In this document: piece by piece, positions 58,134-64,000 of the stretch
Position numbering within the stretch: the stretch's first letter is position 1
Layout: each line of letters opens with the position of its first letter
Assembly (NCBI GenBank): GCA_030745655.1
Contig: JASLOE010000001.1
Span: 5,351-69,350, forward strand
Direction: 5' to 3'
From: Nitrososphaerales archaeon
Lineage (GTDB): Archaea; Thermoproteota; Nitrososphaeria; Nitrososphaerales; JACPRH01
Length of the DNA: 64,000 nt
The notes under the pieces: model-generated
What the model saw: only the letters and a program-made list of their open reading frames with translations
The model's database searches: none
Told to the model about the DNA's origin: nothing
Made by a program: the position numbers and the translations under genes

Positions 58134-61100
58134 ATGGTTTTCATTAAGAAGGTAGAAGCACGTGGATTCAAGTCCCTTGGAAACAAAACAGTTGCTATAA
58201 AATTCAATGAAGATTTTACGGCAATTACTGGTCCTAATGGCTCTGGAAAATCAAATATTATGGATTCAATTATGTTCTGTCTAGGTCAAAATAGTTCTAA
58301 AAAGCTTAGGGTAGATAGATTAACTTCTCTGATATTTGACGGAACCAGCGTTAAGGGACCATCAGTAATTAGAGTTACAGTAACCTTTGATAACATTTCA
58401 AGAAGGATACCTGTTGATTCAAATAATGTTCTGGTAACAAGAGAACTCAGGCAAACTGGAGAAAACCAATACTTCCTTAACGGAAAAAGGATCACAAAGA
58501 GTGCACTTTCAGAACTGCTGAACCTTGCACTTATTTCTCCAGAAGGATTAAACATGGTTCCCCAAGGGGTCATAACCCGTCTATCAGAGCTTAACCCAGA
58601 TGAAAAACGGGAGTTAATTGAAGAAATCGTTGGAGTTTCACAGTTTGATGATAAAAGGAAAAGAGCACAAGAACAACTTAATGATGCAGACACTAAACTC
58701 CAAATCGCTTTAGCCAGAATAGACGAGATGAAGAATAGAGTAGACTCACTTGAAAATGAGATGAATGATCAAAATAGATTGAAGATACTCGAAGACGAAA
58801 TCAGATGGCTGAATGCAGTAATAACGTCTAGACTATTATCATCCAACATTAAGAAACTTGAAGATGAAAAAAATTTTATTGTGGATTACGAAAATGGAAA
58901 AAAACGACTTCAAAAAAATTTAGATACAATAGATAAACAGATTATAGAAGTAGAAAACGAAAGAAAGGAATTTGTGTCTACAGTTATGGACACTTCGGGA
59001 GGAAAAAAAGTTGAACTTCAATTTGCAATTGGAAAAGCTCAAAGTGATATTACAAGATATAAGGAAGAAGTATCAATAGCAAAAAATCTAATTAAAAAGA
59101 TTGAAAATTCATCGCCACATCTAAAAAAGATGCAAGACCAACAAATGAAAGTATTGAATGATGCCAAGACTCAAATAAAGGAAGAAAAAACTAAGTTTGT
59201 AGAAATTGAAAAAAATAAAAAAGAGTCAGAGATTGCAATAAGACAAATTGAAGCACAATTGACACGCCTTCAAAACTTAAAAGAGAAGAAAAGAAATCAA
59301 ACTAATAATCTTGTTGAGCAAATTTCAAAGTACAAAGAAACATTAAACTCAACCATACATCAATTAGAGATTAAAAATAATAAGAGAGAACTAGTGAATG
59401 AAAGTTTAACGGTACAAAACGACAAAGCTCAGCCATTCCAAGAAACTCTGCATCATCTTGAAGACCAATTAAAGAAATCTTATGATGTTGAACAAATGGA
59501 GAAATCATCATTTAAGAAAGTAGGATCATCACTAACTGGATTAACAGATCAAGAAACAAATCTTCAAGGTGAAATTGACAAGGCGATAGCCACATTAAGC
59601 AAAGCGAGTGATGTAGTTTTAAAATATGAAATTCAAAAAAACATGGCCAAGAAGATAATTGCCCATGAACTGGGGTTAAAACGATTGGAGGACCTCGCAA
59701 AGACTGGAGCAATCAAAGGTTATATTGGTAGAATCGATAAGTTAGTATCATATCCAGAAAAATATAAAGCTGCGGTCCAAGCAGCGGGTAAACGGTGGAT
59801 GAATGCAGCAGTCGTTAGTGACCTTCACACCATGTTAAAGACTATTGAAATTGCAAAGCGTCTAAAAATCGGGAATATAACGGTTATTCCTCTTTCTGAA
59901 ATAACGGGTTCAAAGAAAATTAATGTACCAAAAGATGATGGAATAATTGGTACACTCGCAGATGTGATAAATTGTGACGAAAGACTTGAAGGATTGATAA
60001 ATTTCTTATTTGGAGATACAATTCTTGTAAACAACTCCAGAGATGGATACTTAGTTTCTACAAAGGGATTCAAGAGTGTTACACCATCCGGAGATTTATT
60101 TGAACCCAGAAGCGTAGCATTCGAGACTGGCTATGTTGCCAAATTAGATGAAATAATGGAACTTGTTAAAGATGAAGCATCATTAGGGGTGATTAAAGAA
60201 GCATTATCATCTCTTAAAAGTACTATAACCAAGCGAAAGTCAAATATTGATAATTTACAGTCAGAAGCTAAGAAATTAACAGAAGAAAAAATACGGTTAA
60301 GATCGTCTTTAGAAAGAATAAAAGATGAGCGAAACAGTGTAAGAGTATTCATAAAAAGATATAAAAGTCTAAATAAAGAAATTCAAGTACGCTTAAGAAA
60401 GACAGAAAGAGATTTTGAACGTACTAATAAAATAATCAGTAAACTTAATGATAAAAAAATTAGGGCAAATAACAAGATATCTATATATGAAAATAAACTA
60501 AGCCAAATATCAACCAAAAATATATCTGAAGAGATAAGAAACTTACAAGAAAAGAAAAAAATCAAGAACCTATTTATTGAAGAAATAACAAACAAACTAA
60601 GGGACACTGAAACTCAACTCTTAAGGTATGAAGGTAATCTTAAACATAATTTGGAACCAAGTTATGCGAGATTAGAAGAACAAATAGAAGGATCCAAATC
60701 AATATTGAAGGAAAAAAGGATTTTCACAGAAGAAAAAATAGAAGAACTCAAAAAACTTTCGGAAAACTTGGCAATTCAGAAGCAAGATGTAAAAAGAACA
60801 ATAATAAAATCAAAAAAATCTAGACCAATTCTTGAGAGATATGAAACTAAACTGAGACGAATAACTAAGGAAAGGGATGGTCTTAGAAAATCGATAACAA
60901 ATATAGAAAAAGAGATGATATCCACTTCAAAAAGTATTGAAATGTTACAACAAACTGAGCAAAATCTCCAAGGTGAACTCACTCTTTATGGGTATACTAA
61001 ACCCATTGAGACATTTGACAATGCAGAAGTTCTTAATGAGCAACTAAACATTGAATACCAACGACTCAAGAATCAGGTCAACTTATTGGCAGTCAGTTCC

Positions 61101-61679
61101 TATAGGGAAATATTCGCAGGATACAAGAATCTGTCAATAAGGCGAAATCAGCTTGAAGAAGAACGCAATGTAATTGTGAAGTTTATCGAAGAAGTAGACT
61201 CTGAAAAGAAAAAAGTTTTTCTAGAAGGCTTTAAAAAGATTGATCAAGAACTTCGGATTATTTTCTCAAAACTCACTGGGGGTTCCTCTTGGTTGGAACT
61301 TGAAAATCCTAATGATATTTTTTCTCAAGGTATTTTTCTTATGGCACAATTTCCAGATAATAAACCTAGGGAATCAAGTGCAGTTAGTGGTGGTGAAAAA
61401 ACAGTATCTGCATTATCAGTAATTTTAGCTATACAGTCAGTTTATCCTTCACCATTTTACCTTTTTGATGAAATTGATGCACATTTGGATGTAAGGTATG
61501 TAGAAAAATTAGCAGATTTATTAAAAGAAAAAGCTGTTAATTCACAAATTATTGCAGTAACTTTGAAAGATACAATGTTAACACGTGCATCATTAATCTA
61601 TGGGTTGTATAAGGAGAAAGGTACATCAAAGATTCTCAAGTATAAAACGGGTTTAGGAGTTGTGGCTAGAAGTGGTTAA
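58134..61679 (+). CDS. smc: Chromosome segregation protein SMC
   Basis: Walker A GPNGSGKSN, long coiled coils, a hinge, the signature SGGEKTVSAL and Walker B LFDEIDAHLD; 1181 aa. Confidence 0.95.
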   Translation: MVFIKKVEARGFKSLGNKTVAIKFNEDFTAITGPNGSGKSNIMDSIMFCLGQNSSKKLRVDRLTSLIFDGTSVKGPSVIRVTVTFDNISRRIPVDSNNVLVTRELRQTGENQYFLNGKRITKSALSELLNLALISPEGLNMVPQGVITRLSELNPDEKRELIEEIVGVSQFDDKRKRAQEQLNDADTKLQIALARIDEMKNRVDSLENEMNDQNRLKILEDEIRWLNAVITSRLLSSNIKKLEDEKNFIVDYENGKKRLQKNLDTIDKQIIEVENERKEFVSTVMDTSGGKKVELQFAIGKAQSDITRYKEEVSIAKNLIKKIENSSPHLKKMQDQQMKVLNDAKTQIKEEKTKFVEIEKNKKESEIAIRQIEAQLTRLQNLKEKKRNQTNNLVEQISKYKETLNSTIHQLEIKNNKRELVNESLTVQNDKAQPFQETLHHLEDQLKKSYDVEQMEKSSFKKVGSSLTGLTDQETNLQGEIDKAIATLSKASDVVLKYEIQKNMAKKIIAHELGLKRLEDLAKTGAIKGYIGRIDKLVSYPEKYKAAVQAAGKRWMNAAVVSDLHTMLKTIEIAKRLKIGNITVIPLSEITGSKKINVPKDDGIIGTLADVINCDERLEGLINFLFGDTILVNNSRDGYLVSTKGFKSVTPSGDLFEPRSVAFETGYVAKLDEIMELVKDEASLGVIKEALSSLKSTITKRKSNIDNLQSEAKKLTEEKIRLRSSLERIKDERNSVRVFIKRYKSLNKEIQVRLRKTERDFERTNKIISKLNDKKIRANNKISIYENKLSQISTKNISEEIRNLQEKKKIKNLFIEEITNKLRDTETQLLRYEGNLKHNLEPSYARLEEQIEGSKSILKEKRIFTEEKIEELKKLSENLAIQKQDVKRTIIKSKKSRPILERYETKLRRITKERDGLRKSITNIEKEMISTSKSIEMLQQTEQNLQGELTLYGYTKPIETFDNAEVLNEQLNIEYQRLKNQVNLLAVSSYREIFAGYKNLSIRRNQLEEERNVIVKFIEEVDSEKKKVFLEGFKKIDQELRIIFSKLTGGSSWLELENPNDIFSQGIFLMAQFPDNKPRESSAVSGGEKTVSALSVILAIQSVYPSPFYLFDEIDAHLDVRYVEKLADLLKEKAVNSQIIAVTLKDTMLTRASLIYGLYKEKGTSKILKYKTGLGVVARSG

Positions 61680-62325
61680 AGAAAAGTCTGATTTATCAAA
61701 ACCCCCACTAAATATTCTCATTAATCCCACTGAAATGAAAACCAGAAAACCCTGGGAAATTGATCTCCAAGAACTTCTAGAGATGTTTATCAAGATTATT
61801 GAACAAATGGAAACACCAGATCTTCGATTATGTGGATCCGCAGCATTATCTTCAGCACTAATTTATAGGTTGAAAGTAGAAAGTTTATTTCTCTTTGAAA
61901 AGTTGAAGATAAAACGGCGGATTACTGATAGATTAGATCCACCTCAAATGTTAGAGATTCCTTACAGGTATGAATTATCTACAACAAATCTTGATGACCT
62001 TGTAAGCACCTTAGAAAGTATTCTTGATGAAATGATTTCTCAACAAATTAAGAAACCAAAGACCAGTGTGATTGAAGTAGAACCTATAATTGAAGTGGAT
62101 ATTTTTTCTGTTCAAATTCAAAAGGCACTTAAAGAACTCAAGAGAGACATTGGAAATCTCCTTCGAGAGAAGAAAAGGATCCTTTTCAGTGAATATGTTA
62201 TGAACATGAATACCTTAGATAGAGTAAGAACATTTCTGTTACTCCTTTTCATTGCCAATGATGGATTGATAAGAATAATTCAGGATGAAGAAGACATGCT
62301 GATAATAGGAGCAATTCAAAAATGA
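61660..62325 (+). CDS. scpA: Segregation and condensation protein A (kleisin)
   Basis: KPWEIDLQELLEMF and a kleisin-like pattern. It lies directly after smc. The TTG start overlaps smc by 20 nt and is uncertain. Confidence 0.8.
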   Translation: MWLEVVKEKSDLSKPPLNILINPTEMKTRKPWEIDLQELLEMFIKIIEQMETPDLRLCGSAALSSALIYRLKVESLFLFEKLKIKRRITDRLDPPQMLEIPYRYELSTTNLDDLVSTLESILDEMISQQIKKPKTSVIEVEPIIEVDIFSVQIQKALKELKRDIGNLLREKKRILFSEYVMNMNTLDRVRTFLLLLFIANDGLIRIIQDEEDMLIIGAIQK

Positions 62326-62852
62326 CGATAAGTGATGATAATAATATACGAGCGCGAATTGAATCAGCATTATATGCATACGGCAGACCTTTAGAAATTG
62401 AAGAATTAGCAAAAGCTGCAAGAATAACTTCTAAACGAAAAACAATGAAGATAGTGATGAATATAATGAAAAGCTTTAACGAAAACATGGTTGCACTAGA
62501 AATTAGTAAACTTCCTGGACCAAAGTTTGTAATGCAATTAAAGCCTCAATATACAAAAGTAGCAAGAAAGTTTTCTCTCAGACCTCTAATGACCAGATCC
62601 GTCCTTAATACTCTCACCCATGTAGCGTATCTGCAACCTGTATCGAGTACAGATATTGCTGCAAGAAGAGGGTCTCAAGCATATAGTCACTTAAAGGAAC
62701 TTCGTAAACTCGGTTTTGTTGATTCACAACGATCTGGAAGAAGCAGTATGTACCGAACAAGTAGTTCATTTTCTGATTACTTTGGGCTAAGCAAAGAACC
62801 AACAAAGATTAAACAAAAATTATCAACAAAACGAAAAATAACCTCTAAATAA
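62322..62852 (+). CDS. scpB: Segregation and condensation protein B
   Basis: IESALYAYGRPLEIEELAKAA winged-helix start and a second wHTH. It overlaps scpA by 4 nt. Confidence 0.8.
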   Translation: MTISDDNNIRARIESALYAYGRPLEIEELAKAARITSKRKTMKIVMNIMKSFNENMVALEISKLPGPKFVMQLKPQYTKVARKFSLRPLMTRSVLNTLTHVAYLQPVSSTDIAARRGSQAYSHLKELRKLGFVDSQRSGRSSMYRTSSSFSDYFGLSKEPTKIKQKLSTKRKITSK

Positions 62853-62888
62853 ATATCTAACAAAGTTTAAAATATACTTTTTTCACAA

Positions 62889-63287
62889 ATGAAGGGTAGC
62901 CATTTGATCAAGCCAACTAAGAATTTAACTAAAAGAAAGGCAACCGGAGGTAGGCGCATAGCATATAGAGGTAGTCGTGCCTATGAAAAGAGTCGGTATG
63001 CAATTGAAAGCGTAAAAGGTGAAAATAAAGTCGTTACTAAAAACGTTAGAGGTGGAGGAATAAAAAAAGGGTTAAAAAGTGCAGAATTTGCAAATGTTGT
63101 TGACCCTTCAACTAAGAAGACAGAGAAAACAAGAATATTGAAAGTCATTAAGAATCCGGCAAATAGAGATTATGAAAGACGTGGTGTAATTACAAAAGGT
63201 TGCATTTTAGAAACTGAAAAAGGAAAAGCAATAGTTTCATCACGCCCTGGACAGGATGGAGTAGTAAACGCCATCCTCCAAAAGTAG
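62889..63287 (+). CDS. rps8e: Ribosomal protein S8e (eS8)
   Basis: KRKATGGRR near the N-terminus and GGIKKGLK.. NPANRDYERRGVITKG. Confidence 0.9.
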   Translation: MKGSHLIKPTKNLTKRKATGGRRIAYRGSRAYEKSRYAIESVKGENKVVTKNVRGGGIKKGLKSAEFANVVDPSTKKTEKTRILKVIKNPANRDYERRGVITKGCILETEKGKAIVSSRPGQDGVVNAILQK

Positions 63288-63298
63288 TGTATATAGCT

Positions 63299-63613
63299 AT
63301 GAAGGATTACGATAGACTCGTAATCTGGATAGACTATTTTAACTCAGGATTCAGCAGAGAAGAAGGAAGAAGAGTACCACTTAATATGGCAGTACGAAAT
63401 CCCACACTTAATGAACTTGAAGAAGCAGCAAAAAAAGCAGGATATAAACCTGAAACAAAAGAAGCGGTATATCCTAAACGAATGCAAATCAGTTCAGGGT
63501 ACATATCAATTGAGCACAATAAACCAAAGATTCAAGTAATCAAAGAGTTAGCATCACGCTTATCTATGATTCGTGGTGAACAGAGACTGGAATCAAAAAA
63601 ACAAAGAAACTGA
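63299..63613 (+). CDS. srp19: Signal recognition particle protein SRP19
   Basis: LVIWIDYFNSGFSREEGRRVP matches the SRP19 N-terminal signature. I chose the ATG at 63299 over the GTG at 63287. Confidence 0.85.
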   Translation: MKDYDRLVIWIDYFNSGFSREEGRRVPLNMAVRNPTLNELEEAAKKAGYKPETKEAVYPKRMQISSGYISIEHNKPKIQVIKELASRLSMIRGEQRLESKKQRN

Positions 63614-63641
63614 ATTTATGTATTCAAAGTCCTTTGGATAG

Positions 63642-64000
63642 CTGAAAGAAAGTGAGTAGAACTGGCGGAATCGAGCTGGTAAAAAAAATAATCGAAGGAA
63701 AAACAGAGTTATTAGTACCTGAATCTAGCTTACAATCAAATATTCCCCCAAGAACACCAGCTTTTTTCAATCCTAAAGCAGAATTAAACAGAGACATATC
63801 AATGGCAGCATATCGGATATTCTCCAAAAATAAAGCATCATCAACGATTATGGCGGATTCGCTAGCTGGAGTAGGAGCAAGAGGAATAAGAGTTGCTGTT
63901 GAAGTACCAGATGTAAAAGAAGTTTTCATAAATGATGGTAATCCGTATGCAATAAATCTAGCTGAGAAATCAGCACAATCAAATCAAGTTTCTGAGAAAT
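63642..64000 (+). CDS. trm1: tRNA (guanine26-N2)-dimethyltransferase Trm1, N-terminal part (runs off the window)
   Basis: Hand translation from the GTG at 63642 gives VSRTGGIELVKKIIEGKTELLVPESS..PAFFNPKAELNRDISMAAY..ADSLAGVGARGIRVAVE..FINDGNPYAINL, which is the Trm1 pattern. The listed minus-strand ORF 63624..63929 is its antisense shadow. Confidence 0.8.

Noticed and set aside
63624-63929. 101-aa minus-strand ORF at the window end.
   Set aside because: The plus strand here encodes a clear Trm1 N-terminus (FFNPKAELNRD, GARGIRVA). The minus-strand ORF is its shadow.
1-64000. Searched by eye for CRISPR arrays, long direct or tandem repeats, IS elements and transposases, integrases, rRNA genes and toxin-antitoxin or defence-type gene pairs.
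   Set aside because: I found none. Intergenic regions are short and AT-rich. The only RNA gene recognised is tRNA-Arg. The AbrB-like ORF at 49963-50184 has no adjacent toxin-like partner.

Overview
This 64-kb window is a densely coding (about 70 genes), low-GC stretch of an archaeal chromosome. By eye most lines are roughly 30-35% G+C. The gene content points to a Nitrososphaerota (Thaumarchaeota), Nitrosopumilales-like organism, but that lineage call is inference: short helicase-less XPF, SMC-ScpA-ScpB, archaeal CoA genes (PoK, PPS, DPCK), F420 genes cofC/D/E, ATP sulfurylase and a matrixin-like protease. The backbone is conserved archaeal information-processing synteny. One block is S27ae-S24e-DPCK-Spt4-Rpo7-PIN-aIF2gamma-S6e, another is L7Ae-S28e-L24e-Ndk-aIF5B, and a third is SMC-ScpA-ScpB-S8e-SRP19-Trm1. 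These are interleaved with metabolism: thrC/hom/ask/asd, folD, leuCD-like, pyrG, panB, argS and a PiT/PhoU-like pair. The less ordinary regions are as follows. (1) A truncated S-layer-like glycoprotein gene sits next to a glycan operon in which an E1alpha/E1beta ThDP enzyme pair lies between an SDR and a DegT aminotransferase. (2) A HExxH protein gene overlaps a nucleotidyltransferase-kinase fusion gene. (3) K/E/S/T-rich disordered extensions occur on three ribosomal proteins. (4) A K-turn/K-loop hairpin lies in the L7Ae leader. (5) A polyprenyl synthase gene at about 50% G+C abuts a tRNA. (6) A tRNA-Arg(CCG) is interrupted by two non-canonical introns. (7) The F420 cluster is split by an ABC-2 transporter and ends with a flavodiiron protein. 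I saw no CRISPR array, rRNA, IS element or integrase. All functional calls rest on motif recognition in the supplied translations. No database search was run.
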